Source: an uncultured Dehalococcoidia bacterium
GTDB lineage: Bacteria > Chloroflexota > Dehalococcoidia > Lucifugimonadales > UBA3495
Assembly: GCA_951812625.1 (NCBI GenBank)
Contig: CATOSP010000001.1
Span: 200,065 to 264,064, forward strand
Reading direction: 5' to 3'
DNA: 64,000 nt
The position numbers were made by a program, and so were the translations under genes. Under the pieces are notes generated by a model that was not told the origin of the DNA, did no database searches, and saw nothing but the letters and a program-made list of their open reading frames with translations. This document shows, one piece after another, positions 28,166 through 36,840 of this stretch. Every line of letters begins with the position of its first letter. Position 1 is the stretch's first letter.

Positions 28166-28250
28166 CCGGGCGCACTCCTGGCTACTGAGAATGCCACCCC
28201 ATACCGCCCTGCCGGACGGGGAGCGGCGGATAGGATCCGTCCCTCGATGC

Positions 28251-28700
28251 TTACTCTTCCACTTCGGCGTTGATGTTGATGGTAGCCTCGATATCGGTGG
28301 AAAGCCGCAGCGTCACCTGGTACTCTCCCGGCTCCCGGATCGGCTCCCCGGCCTCCACCAGCCGCCGGTCGATCTCCCGCCCCACGGTGTTGCTCAACTC
28401 CGTGGCGATCATCGCGCCGCTGATTGTCCCGTAGTAGCGGCCCATCGGAGTCACGCGGGCCTCCACCGTGATGCTGGTCCCGTCGAGCAGTTCGGCAAGC
28501 TCGGTAAGCTCCGCGGTCTCCCGGATGCGTACCTCGTCGCCCGCGGCCTTGATCTTGTGCAGCCGCTTCAGCACCTCGGGCGTGGCCGCTTCGGCCAGCC
28601 CCTTGGGGATCAGGTAGTTGCGGGCGTAGCCGTCGGCCACTCGCTTGATCTCTCCCGCTCGCGCCTGGTTCACAACGTCCTGAATGAATATCACTTCCAT
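28251..28700 (-). CDS. rplI: 50S ribosomal protein L9
   Basis: MEVIFIQDV...VADGYARNYLIPKGLA. Confidence 0.95.
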   Translation of the reverse strand: MEVIFIQDVVNQARAGEIKRVADGYARNYLIPKGLAEAATPEVLKRLHKIKAAGDEVRIRETAELTELAELLDGTSITVEARVTPMGRYYGTISGAMIATELSNTVGREIDRRLVEAGEPIREPGEYQVTLRLSTDIEATININAEVEE

Positions 28701-29063
28701 GGCTATCTTTATCCTTTCCGAGAACGCTGCCCCAAGCTATTGTGCCGGTCGGCACGCCCGTCCAGGGTCCGTCCCTCGATGGTTGGTGTCTCGGTACGAG
28801 CCAGCGGCCCGTTCCATGCAAGACCCATTATAAGCCCGGCGCGTCCGGCCCGGAAACCGCCAGGTGTCAGGGTGTTGCCCTGCATGACACCTCGGAATGA
28901 TGCGTCCGACTGGTGAAAGACAAGATTCTACTCTACCCCACCTATCCCGCTGTCAAGACGAATTTCAGGCAATCCCCGCAGGATTTCGCGTCCGGCGTCA
29001 TCCTGAAGGACCCGCCAGCATGGTGTAGGATTAGCGCAAACCCGGCAACACGGAGCAGATGGC

Positions 29064-29675
29064 GTGAACCCTATAGAGGCGGTCTCTTCGGCTTTTCGCA
29101 ATTACGTCAACTTCAGCGGCCGCGCCTGCCGGTCCGAATTTTGGTGGTTCACCCTGTTCTCATTCATTTCGCAAGCTGTCTTGGGCTGGATACCCTTGAT
29201 CGGGGGGATTTATGTTCTTGCCTTGGTATTGCCTTCGCTGGCGGTAACGGTGCGTAGGCTGCACGACACCAACCGGGCGGCATGGTGGCTCCTTCTCCAG
29301 ATAATCCCCGCTTTGGTATGGGTAGTGTTGACTGCATTGTTGGTTTGGGTATTGATCTCCAGCCTCCTATCTGGGCATCTGATTGACCAGGAAGTTTCGG
29401 AGGGCTTTCTTACTTTCCTCATTCCCGCCTTTGTCGTTTGGACCCTGGTCGCCATTGCATTCTTTATACTGATGTTCGTGGTCCTGGCCTTGCCGGGAAC
29501 CAGCGGACTCAACCGCTACGGTCCCGACCCGTTGCAGCCTGATCCAGGTGCAGGCCCCGGCTATCCTAATCCGCCGCCGGGAACGGGACAGGGTGAAGGG
29601 CAGTATTGCCCACGGTGCGGGGCGGAAGTGCAACCATATGCACAGTTCTGCTTCGCCTGTGGCGCGAATGTCTGA
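29064..29675 (+). CDS. DUF805 membrane protein with C-terminal zinc ribbon
   Basis: FSGRACRSEFWWF (DUF805), TM segments, and a C-terminal CPRCG...CFACG. Confidence 0.75.
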   Translation: MNPIEAVSSAFRNYVNFSGRACRSEFWWFTLFSFISQAVLGWIPLIGGIYVLALVLPSLAVTVRRLHDTNRAAWWLLLQIIPALVWVVLTALLVWVLISSLLSGHLIDQEVSEGFLTFLIPAFVVWTLVAIAFFILMFVVLALPGTSGLNRYGPDPLQPDPGAGPGYPNPPPGTGQGEGQYCPRCGAEVQPYAQFCFACGANV

Positions 29676-29707
29676 ATGTCCCGACCCGCCAGGAACGGAG
29701 GCATAAA

Positions 29708-30376
29708 TTGAGCTTTTCCGAAGACATCGAAAAAAGGGCCTTGCCGGTCCGCCAGGCAATCCTCGGTCACCCCTTCGTCACCGGCGTGGGCGATGGGACT
29801 CTGCCCGTGGAGAAGTTCAAGCATTACGTGATGCAGGACTACGTGTATCTGATCGACTACAGCCGCGTCCTCGCCCTGGCGTCGGCGCGCGCCCCCGACC
29901 TGGAAACAATGGGCTGGTTCGCCCGCCTGCTGGACGAGACCCTGAACACCGAGATGGAGCTGCACCGGGGCTACTGCGCCGGGTTCGGCATCACGCGGGA
30001 AGAACTGGAAGCCACCCGCGCCGCGCCCACCACCGTGGCCTACACCAGCTTCCTGCTCAGCGTGGCCCACCAGGGCAGCTTCGAGACGCTGGTCGCTTCA
30101 CTGCTCCCCTGCCAGTGGGGCTACTGGGAGGTTGGGGAACGGCTGGCCGTGCAGGGAGAACCCAGGCACGCGCCCTTGTACTGCCAGTGGATCCAGATGT
30201 ACACATCCCCGGAGTTCGCGGAACTGGCCAGGACCATCCGCGCAATGGCCGACCGCCTCGGGGAAAGGGCTGGCCCCGACGAGGTGGCCGCAATGGGCGA
30301 GGCCTACCTCACCAGCCTGCGCTTTGAGCACCGCTTCTGGGAAATGTCCTACACCCTAGAAGACTGGGCGGCGTGA
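29708..30376 (+). CDS. tenA: TenA-family aminopyrimidine aminohydrolase (thiaminase II)
   Basis: HPFVTGVGDGTLPVEKFKHYVMQDYVYL and LPCQWGYWEVG. A TTG start at 29708 after GGAACGGAGG is likely. The track ORF starts at 29606, inside the previous gene. Confidence 0.8.
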   Translation: MSFSEDIEKRALPVRQAILGHPFVTGVGDGTLPVEKFKHYVMQDYVYLIDYSRVLALASARAPDLETMGWFARLLDETLNTEMELHRGYCAGFGITREELEATRAAPTTVAYTSFLLSVAHQGSFETLVASLLPCQWGYWEVGERLAVQGEPRHAPLYCQWIQMYTSPEFAELARTIRAMADRLGERAGPDEVAAMGEAYLTSLRFEHRFWEMSYTLEDWAA

Positions 30377-30403
30377 GAAAGCCCGGTAATGAACGGAGTG
30401 CGT

Positions 30404-30883
30404 CTACCCCTCCAACACGCGGGTGATGAGTTCCAACTCATCCAAGACCTCAGTGAAAACAGGAAACTGGTATCGGAGCAACGTCTCGTAGCCGACCTCC
30501 TCTCCAGTCAAGGGGTTGAAAACCCGGTGGTGGTATTCCTCATCGTTCCGATGGACGTTGTGATAGCGGAGCACTGGATGGCCACCCTCCACCCATGCAG
30601 CATAACGATAGGAGTAACAACGTACCCGGCGGAGGGTTCCAAAATACTGGGTCTCATACCATTTTTCCACTTCCAGGACCACTCCCCGGAAACAGTGCAC
30701 CCTCCCCTGCAATGAAAGGACGCTCCCGGTCTCCAGGAACACGAGGGTATTCGGGTTCGAGTGATCAACGAAAGGGTGCTCTTCTAATCGCCGCTCGTGG
30801 ATATTCCGGTAATGGTCCCATGTATTCCAATCATGGGGGTCGGCTCTCTCAGGGATTGATGCACGTGATAGGACTGCATCCAC
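30404..30883 (-). CDS. TumE-like (DUF6516-like) putative toxin
   Basis: YSYRY....VLRYHNVHRNDEEYHHR......E....E.L follows the Y.Y.Y...RYDN..H...HH.H pattern of the TumE family. A GTG at 30742 would remove the 100-nt overlap with the upstream ORF. Confidence 0.4.
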   Translation of the reverse strand: MDAVLSRASIPERADPHDWNTWDHYRNIHERRLEEHPFVDHSNPNTLVFLETGSVLSLQGRVHCFRGVVLEVEKWYETQYFGTLRRVRCYSYRYAAWVEGGHPVLRYHNVHRNDEEYHHRVFNPLTGEEVGYETLLRYQFPVFTEVLDELELITRVLEG

Positions 30884-31059
30884 TTGAGCAGCTCCTCAGT
30901 CTCCTTGACATCGCCATTGGCGAGCAACCGACACATCTCTGCCGAGGACACACGGTAGCTTTGCTCGTAAGCACGGATGCAACCGAACAATGTTGCCCTA
31001 ATATCGTCAAGGGTGACATGTCGTACAGGGATTTCCATCCGGTTACCTGCCTTCACCAA
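30784..31059 (-). CDS. Small upstream partner ORF (putative antitoxin), family unknown
   Basis: Immediately upstream of the TumE-like ORF on the same strand. The likely start is MEIPVRH at 31038. Confidence 0.35.
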   Translation of the reverse strand: MVKAGNRMEIPVRHVTLDDIRATLFGCIRAYEQSYRVSSAEMCRLLANGDVKETEELLKWMQSYHVHQSLREPTPMIGIHGTITGISTSGD

Positions 31060-31255
31060 ACACTGTCTTATGTCGCAGGGTTATACGGAACAAGACTCCA
31101 ATCGTCAACCCGATGATTGCCATAGTCTGGATTTCCTGTTGTCCGAAGGGAGTTCGCAAGTCCTTGTGGTGACCCGGAGTAGCGGATGGCCACCATCGCC
31201 GGAATGATGGACCAAGCGCCGAAACTGCGGCATCCCCGTCCCTGCGCTGGCCCCC

Positions 31256-32116
31256 CTACCCCTTAACCGCCCGCAGCACCAGGCAGGGCCAGGAAAAATG
31301 GATGTCCCCATTCGCGGGCCGGATCTGAAACGCTTCTATGACCTCCCCGGACGCTCCGAGAAAGTCCTTCCGCAGCCTCCCCGTTTCCTCCTCGGATGTC
31401 CCGGTGCGTTTGGCCCAGCTTTCGAACTGGAGATGAATCCGCGTAAACTCCCGCTCCGCGATACCCAACCCGTGACCGGCCAGCATCGCCTCCAGTTGCG
31501 ACGGAGGCCGGTTATTGACGTGGCTGAAGTCCCGGCGCAGTTCAATATCGTTCATCCAGTCCGCCACCACGCCATCCTCCGGCGAAACGCTGTCCGCCAT
31601 CACCAGCGCCCCGCCCGGGGTCAACACCCGGCGCACCTCGTCCAGCGCCAGGTCCAGGTCCTCGAAGTGATGGAACGCGGCCCGGCTGGTGACCAGGTCC
31701 AAAGAGCCGTCCGCGAAGGGCAGATGCTCGGCTGCGTTGCGCACCAGCGCCAGGTTAGTCAGGCCCCGGTCGCGCCCTATGCGCCGGGTCTCCTCCAGCA
31801 TCGGTCCGGTAATGTCGCTGGCCACCACCTGGTTGAACCCCATGAGATGCGGGTCCTCAGCGAGTGAAGCGGCCCCCCGCCGCGCAGAGGGTCCACGATT
31901 CCAGTCGGCCAATGCGAAGGCGGTGAATCCCGCGCCCGACCCCAGGTCCATCGCCCAGGCCCGCGACTCCGCCGGCAACTCCCCGGCCATGCGCATCATT
32001 ATGTCGATGCGGTCATCGTACATATGCACCGGGCTGGCGGCATACGCACTGGCATTGGGTCCAAACGTTTCCTGTGCGCGTTGTCCCCTGGGCGCGTGTC
32101 CGGCATCTTGAGTCAT
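31256..32116 (-). CDS. Class I SAM-dependent methyltransferase
   Basis: DLGSGAGFTA (motif I) and PGGALVMAD. Confidence 0.75.
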   Translation of the reverse strand: MTQDAGHAPRGQRAQETFGPNASAYAASPVHMYDDRIDIMMRMAGELPAESRAWAMDLGSGAGFTAFALADWNRGPSARRGAASLAEDPHLMGFNQVVASDITGPMLEETRRIGRDRGLTNLALVRNAAEHLPFADGSLDLVTSRAAFHHFEDLDLALDEVRRVLTPGGALVMADSVSPEDGVVADWMNDIELRRDFSHVNNRPPSQLEAMLAGHGLGIAEREFTRIHLQFESWAKRTGTSEEETGRLRKDFLGASGEVIEAFQIRPANGDIHFSWPCLVLRAVKG

Positions 32117-32181
32117 GGGAATCTAGTCACCTCTGTCAACCTGTTTGCCATTTGGTGGATTCAGGATCTGGCTGCCCTGAA

Positions 32182-32808
32182 TCAGACCGCTGGACGCCGC
32201 GACAAGTCCAGTTTTGCTGGAGGACGCGCTTGGGCAAGTTGATGACCTGGACGGGACGGCTCCATAAAGGTTATGGAGTCGTAGAAGTCGTCCAACGCCA
32301 CGAATACCCCGTTTTCTTCGGCCCACTGGCGCATCCTCTGGTTGCAGGAATGGGCCCATGATAGAATTTCCACCCTCCAGCCCCGGTTGTGCATCCGTTC
32401 CAGCGTTCTGTGGAAGCCGGCGCCTTCGACATAACCCGCGCCGTCTCCGGTAAGCAATGCGACAATGCCTGGGTCGCCGTTGTTATCCAGGGCATCTTCG
32501 AGCATCCGCAACTGCAACACGCGGTCAGGCATTTCTTGCTCCCCGCTTCCGGCGCCGCCGCGGTCAAACAACTGCACCTCCACGCCTTGATTCTCCAGCC
32601 GGTTCCATAGTTGGCGCATTTCCGGTGGCACAGACCCGGCGGCAAGGGCCTTCTGCAACGGGCGGTCAGCCTGTGCCAAGAGCAGCAGGTTTTCAAAGTG
32701 GATACGTACTCGGTAGCGGGCATCTGGACCTCCATTCCGTTCTTCGGCAAGGCGCTGTGCCTCGAGGAAGATGTTGGAGTTGTCCCAGTAGATGAAAACG
32801 GAGTCCAT
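32182..32808 (-). CDS. NYN-domain (LabA/PIN-like) protein
   Basis: VFIYWDNSNIF N-terminus and LLTGDGAGY. Confidence 0.65.
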   Translation of the reverse strand: MDSVFIYWDNSNIFLEAQRLAEERNGGPDARYRVRIHFENLLLLAQADRPLQKALAAGSVPPEMRQLWNRLENQGVEVQLFDRGGAGSGEQEMPDRVLQLRMLEDALDNNGDPGIVALLTGDGAGYVEGAGFHRTLERMHNRGWRVEILSWAHSCNQRMRQWAEENGVFVALDDFYDSITFMEPSRPGHQLAQARPPAKLDLSRRPAV

Positions 32809-32825
32809 GTTCGATTACCTCCGGG

Positions 32826-33422
32826 TCATGGGGTCAAATTCCGCAGGAACTTGTCGGCATCCCGCGAGCGGCGGAACTCAATGAAATTGAGGTCCGGGTA
32901 CTCCCCGCTGTCAAACAGTGCCCGGTACCGTTTCCGCCTCGGGAAATAAGTCGTAAGCACCCACAGCAGTATCGAGTCCTTGTTGAGGAACGCCTTCCTC
33001 AGCGATTCCCTGTTCCCCGAAAAAAGCTCCCGGCCCGTTATGCTCCGCGCCATCGTCCGGGTGAACGCCCGGTACCACACCAGCGGGAACGAGTAGTTGA
33101 GCCAGACCACAGCGGTGGCCCGGTCCCAGATAATGTCCTGGGCATAGCTGTAATTCCCGTCCGCAACCCAACGCTCCACGCCGGTGGCCTCGTCTACAAT
33201 CTCCCGGAATTCGTCGTTGGGGCGTTCCACCCAGTTGGGCAGCCAGTGAATGGCATCCAGCTCGACGAATGACGCTCCCGTCGCGGCGGCCAGGCGTCGG
33301 GCGAACGTGGTCTTCCCGGCGCAGCTGCACCCGATGACCGCGACCCTCCGCAGGTCCGGCAACACGTCGCCGCCAGCCGCGCCTTGCCGATCTCGATCGG
33401 CCCATGTCCTGATTACGCTCAT
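32826..33422 (-). CDS. P-loop kinase-like ATPase (adenylate kinase / topology-modulation-protein-like)
   Basis: VAVIGCSCAGKTTFARRLA Walker A motif, 198 aa. Confidence 0.65.
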   Translation of the reverse strand: MSVIRTWADRDRQGAAGGDVLPDLRRVAVIGCSCAGKTTFARRLAAATGASFVELDAIHWLPNWVERPNDEFREIVDEATGVERWVADGNYSYAQDIIWDRATAVVWLNYSFPLVWYRAFTRTMARSITGRELFSGNRESLRKAFLNKDSILLWVLTTYFPRRKRYRALFDSGEYPDLNFIEFRRSRDADKFLRNLTP

Positions 33423-33537
33423 AAAATCATTCTAACAGAGCGTATATACATACTGCCCATAATCGACTTAGTCTATAATGAATGGGAGCCAATCGCTTCA
33501 AATCCCCAATCACGGTTGGCCAACAGGAGAGAGAACC

Positions 33538-33771
33538 ATGAGCATGGATCACACTTATAAAGTCGTCGAACTGGTTGGCTCGTCCAGCGAGGGACTCCAA
33601 CAGGCTATTGAGAACGCCGTCAACCGTGCCGGTCAGACCCTGCGGGGACTGGACTGGTTCGAGGTCAAGGAAATCAGGGGCAACATCCAGGAAGGCAACA
33701 TCGCCTGGTACCAGGTCAAGGTGGGCATAGGCTTCCGGGTCCTCGACCCAGCCGATCTCCACCGGGAGTAA
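33538..33771 (+). CDS. Dodecin-family flavin-binding protein
   Basis: YKVVELVGSS..G.QQAIENAV..A..TLRGLDWFEV. AGGAGAGAG RBS before the ATG at 33538. Confidence 0.8.
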   Translation: MSMDHTYKVVELVGSSSEGLQQAIENAVNRAGQTLRGLDWFEVKEIRGNIQEGNIAWYQVKVGIGFRVLDPADLHRE

Positions 33772-33794
33772 CGGCACGGGGCATCAGGTGCCTG

Positions 33795-33834
33795 CGCTGC
33801 GGGGGACTGGGGAAATTTCCAGTCCTCCGCAGCG
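33795..33834. terminator. Bidirectional hairpin between convergent genes
   Basis: CGCTGCGGGGGACTGG-loop-CCAGTCCTCCGCAGCG (one mismatch). Confidence 0.55.
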
Positions 33835-33839
33835 TCATT

Positions 33840-35444
33840 TTAGAATGCCGGTCCGGGGACGCCCTCCGGTTTGGGAGGGTTCACCTGGTCGAACGTTTCC
33901 ACGACCTCATCCGGCGGCGGGGCGGTCAGCAGGGAAACCCCCACGCCCAGGATAGTAGCCGCCGCGAAGCCGGGGACAGCCGGGTTCAACTGCCAGATTC
34001 CCACCTCTTCCATCAAGGTTAGAGTCGCTTCAAACCCTAACCATACGGCCCAGCCGCCGACCTGATCGTACCCCAGGCCCATCAACCACCAGAAGGTTGA
34101 GACCACCGTGCCGGACAACACCGCAGCCAGGGCGCCCCAGCGATTGAAACGCCGCCAGTAAAGCGCCAGGATCAGTGCCGGCCCGAATGCCGCCCCCATG
34201 CCACCCCACGCCAGGGAGACCAGGGCAAACACCGACTCCGGGAAGGCTATGGATATTATTGCGGCGGCAACCCCCACCATAATCAGCAAAATGCGCCCAA
34301 ACCAGACCCTGGAGCGGGTTCGCATGGAGTAGGTAAATTTCTTGACGAGAGGCATATCGTCAGTAGCTATTGCAGAAGCGATCAGCAATTGGGAGTCGGC
34401 GGTGCTCATTACCGCAGCAACAACCGCGGTTAGCAGCAGTCCGGCAACCACCGGGTGGAAGAAGGTTTCGGCCACCACCAGGAAGAGCTTCTCCGCATCG
34501 GGAAGAGCGATACCACGTTCAATCAGGGCAGGAGCCGCCACCAGCCCCACAAGCAGACCAAGGGAGAACATAAGGACAACCCAGAGAATGCTCACGTTCC
34601 GGCTCCGGTTTATGTCCTCTTCCCGTTCCACCGCCATAAACCTGGCCAGAAGCCGGTGTGCCCCGAATGCCCCCAGGGCCCAGCCCAGGGAGGACAGGAA
34701 GAACAGTATGCCAAGCGGCTGATTGGCTGCATCGGTAAACGGGTTCCAGAAACCGGCGCCCGTGGACTGCATACCTTGGAAGGGATTGCCTGCGATAAAG
34801 ATCAGGGTTACAGGCATGATGACGAATCCGGCCAGCATTATCAGGGCCTGGAATACGTCGGTGCGGGAGACTGCCAGAAAGCCGCCGATGATGGTATAAG
34901 AGACCACCGCCACCAGGGAAATAATGACTGCTATCTCGTGACCGGGTCCTGCGGGGTCCAAACCGAAGACTACTTCCAGCAGCTTGGCTCCGGCAATCAG
35001 GCCGGAGCAAACGTACAGGGTGATGAAGTAGAGGCTGATGAATGCCGACAGGTAGCGCAGAGCGCCGCTCTGGTCGCCAAAGCGCTTCTCCAGGAATTCC
35101 GGCAAAGTCAAAGAGTCTTCGGTGGCGATGGTATAGCGACGCAGGCGGCGCGCCATTACCGTCCAGGCCGCCCAACCGCCCAGCACAATGAAGAACGCCG
35201 TCCATAGATGCATCATCCCGGCGGCAAAGGCCAGCGCCGGGAAGACCAGCATCGTCCAGCCGCTGGCGGTGGAAGAGCCGCTGCTCAGGGCGGAGGTAAT
35301 CATTCCCATCCGCCGGCCGCCCAGCACGTAGTCCGTCATCCCCTGCATCTGCCGGGACCGCGCTACTGCGATGCCGATCAGGGCGGCGAAGTAGGCGACG
35401 AAAACGGCGAGTATCCACCAACTGAACAGATCAAGACCAATCAT
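33840..35444 (-). CDS. Sodium:solute symporter family transporter (PutP-like)
   Basis: 534 aa with about 13 TM segments and SSF-type motifs (GGRRMG, FLAVSRTDV). Confidence 0.8.
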   Translation of the reverse strand: MIGLDLFSWWILAVFVAYFAALIGIAVARSRQMQGMTDYVLGGRRMGMITSALSSGSSTASGWTMLVFPALAFAAGMMHLWTAFFIVLGGWAAWTVMARRLRRYTIATEDSLTLPEFLEKRFGDQSGALRYLSAFISLYFITLYVCSGLIAGAKLLEVVFGLDPAGPGHEIAVIISLVAVVSYTIIGGFLAVSRTDVFQALIMLAGFVIMPVTLIFIAGNPFQGMQSTGAGFWNPFTDAANQPLGILFFLSSLGWALGAFGAHRLLARFMAVEREEDINRSRNVSILWVVLMFSLGLLVGLVAAPALIERGIALPDAEKLFLVVAETFFHPVVAGLLLTAVVAAVMSTADSQLLIASAIATDDMPLVKKFTYSMRTRSRVWFGRILLIMVGVAAAIISIAFPESVFALVSLAWGGMGAAFGPALILALYWRRFNRWGALAAVLSGTVVSTFWWLMGLGYDQVGGWAVWLGFEATLTLMEEVGIWQLNPAVPGFAAATILGVGVSLLTAPPPDEVVETFDQVNPPKPEGVPGPAF

Positions 35445-35679
35445 GTTTGGATTAACTCCACAGTACTGTCAGACCGGTCAATCCACCACGGTCCGGCAAG
35501 TGGAACCAATATCAAGCCACCCACCAACCCGGTGAGATTCGACCACAATGACACTCTATCCCGTACCTTTGGGAACGAATCGGTGCCGGTCTGCGTCTAT
35601 ATAAACTATACGGTCTCGCTTACCAGGAGTATCTCAATTCTGTACCCTTTATTCTATTCCCTTTGTAGAGGTTACCCGC

Positions 35680-36831
35680 ATGAACTCCCCAATCAGGATT
35701 GCCCTGATTTTCGCTGCATCCATGTTGGCCGTGCTGCTGTCTGCCGCCTGCCAGGGCGGACCCACACCTGCCAACGCGACGCTGGAAGTACCATCGGGAC
35801 GCAGTACAAACGCATCGGTAAAGGGTACTGTGACATACCGGGAACGGTTGGCACTCACCCCCGGCGCAACCCTGGTCGTGGAGCTCCGGGACGTGTCCTT
35901 GGCCGACGCTGCCTCCACCCTCATAGCCCGCCAGACCATCCCCGACCCTGGTCAGGTCCCCATCAGGTTCGAGGTCGAATACAACCGCGACGACATCGAC
36001 TCCCGGAACAGGTACTCCGTGAGCGCCAAGATCGTCGAGTCGGACGGACGCCTCGCCTTCACCAACGACATGGCGTATGAGGTCATAACCCGCGGGAATC
36101 CCAGCAGGGCGGACATGGTATTGGTCTTGGTCCAGCCGCCGCCCGAAATGGAGAAGGACGCAGGCCCGGACTGGCGCACCTGGGAGGAAGTACCGGTACA
36201 GGTAATCTCGGCCAGCCTGATACCGAACGAGCCGGAACACTATCTGAGGGTCAACTACTACCAGTCCACGATAGAGGGCTGCGCCCGACCCGGCAGCAAG
36301 CGATTGGAGGTGGACGGCTTCGACATCGTCGCCAGCGTCACCCTGATGCAGCCGCCGCCCACGGCGTGGGCCATTCCATGCCAAGAGCAGGTCGTGGAGC
36401 TTGATGAGGTAATACCGGTACAGGAGTCCCTCGAACCGGGACCAACCTACCGGGTGATAGTAAACGGCTGGGAGACCACCACCTTCACTATCCCGAAACC
36501 CGGCCTCGGCCACACCGTCATCGCCGAGTCGCCCATACAGAGCAGCGAGGTCATCCTGGGAGGCGCGCCCCCCGAGTACCAGCTAAACGTCGTCTCCGGT
36601 ATGCCCAGGGGCAGCGGCTGCTCCCAGTTCAACGGCTACGAAATCCAGCGGACAGAATCAAACAGGATAAACGTCGTCATCACCCACCACCAGGTATCCG
36701 ACCCGGATGTCGTCTGCACCGCCGACTTCCCCGAAGTGGAGACCCTTGTCCCCCTGGGCTCCGGCTATGAACCCGGCACGGAATACACCGTCACCATCAA
36801 CTCCGGCGCCACCAAATTCAAGGCCCAATAG
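35680..36831 (+). CDS. Lipoprotein with YbaY-like N-terminal domain and an unknown C-terminal half
   Basis: LLSAAC lipobox. VKGTVTYRERLALTPGATLVVELRDVSLADA...RYSVSAKI is YbaY-like. Confidence 0.65.
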   Translation: MNSPIRIALIFAASMLAVLLSAACQGGPTPANATLEVPSGRSTNASVKGTVTYRERLALTPGATLVVELRDVSLADAASTLIARQTIPDPGQVPIRFEVEYNRDDIDSRNRYSVSAKIVESDGRLAFTNDMAYEVITRGNPSRADMVLVLVQPPPEMEKDAGPDWRTWEEVPVQVISASLIPNEPEHYLRVNYYQSTIEGCARPGSKRLEVDGFDIVASVTLMQPPPTAWAIPCQEQVVELDEVIPVQESLEPGPTYRVIVNGWETTTFTIPKPGLGHTVIAESPIQSSEVILGGAPPEYQLNVVSGMPRGSGCSQFNGYEIQRTESNRINVVITHHQVSDPDVVCTADFPEVETLVPLGSGYEPGTEYTVTINSGATKFKAQ

Positions 36832-36840
36832 CCGCGACCC

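Noticed and set aside
28701-29063. A long leader upstream of rplI with hairpins (AGGTGTCA/TGACACCT) and two promoter-like boxes, considered as a possible ribosomal-protein leader.
   Set aside because: I know of no established L9 autoregulatory leader and could not define a convincing structure. It is left as an ordinary divergent intergenic region.
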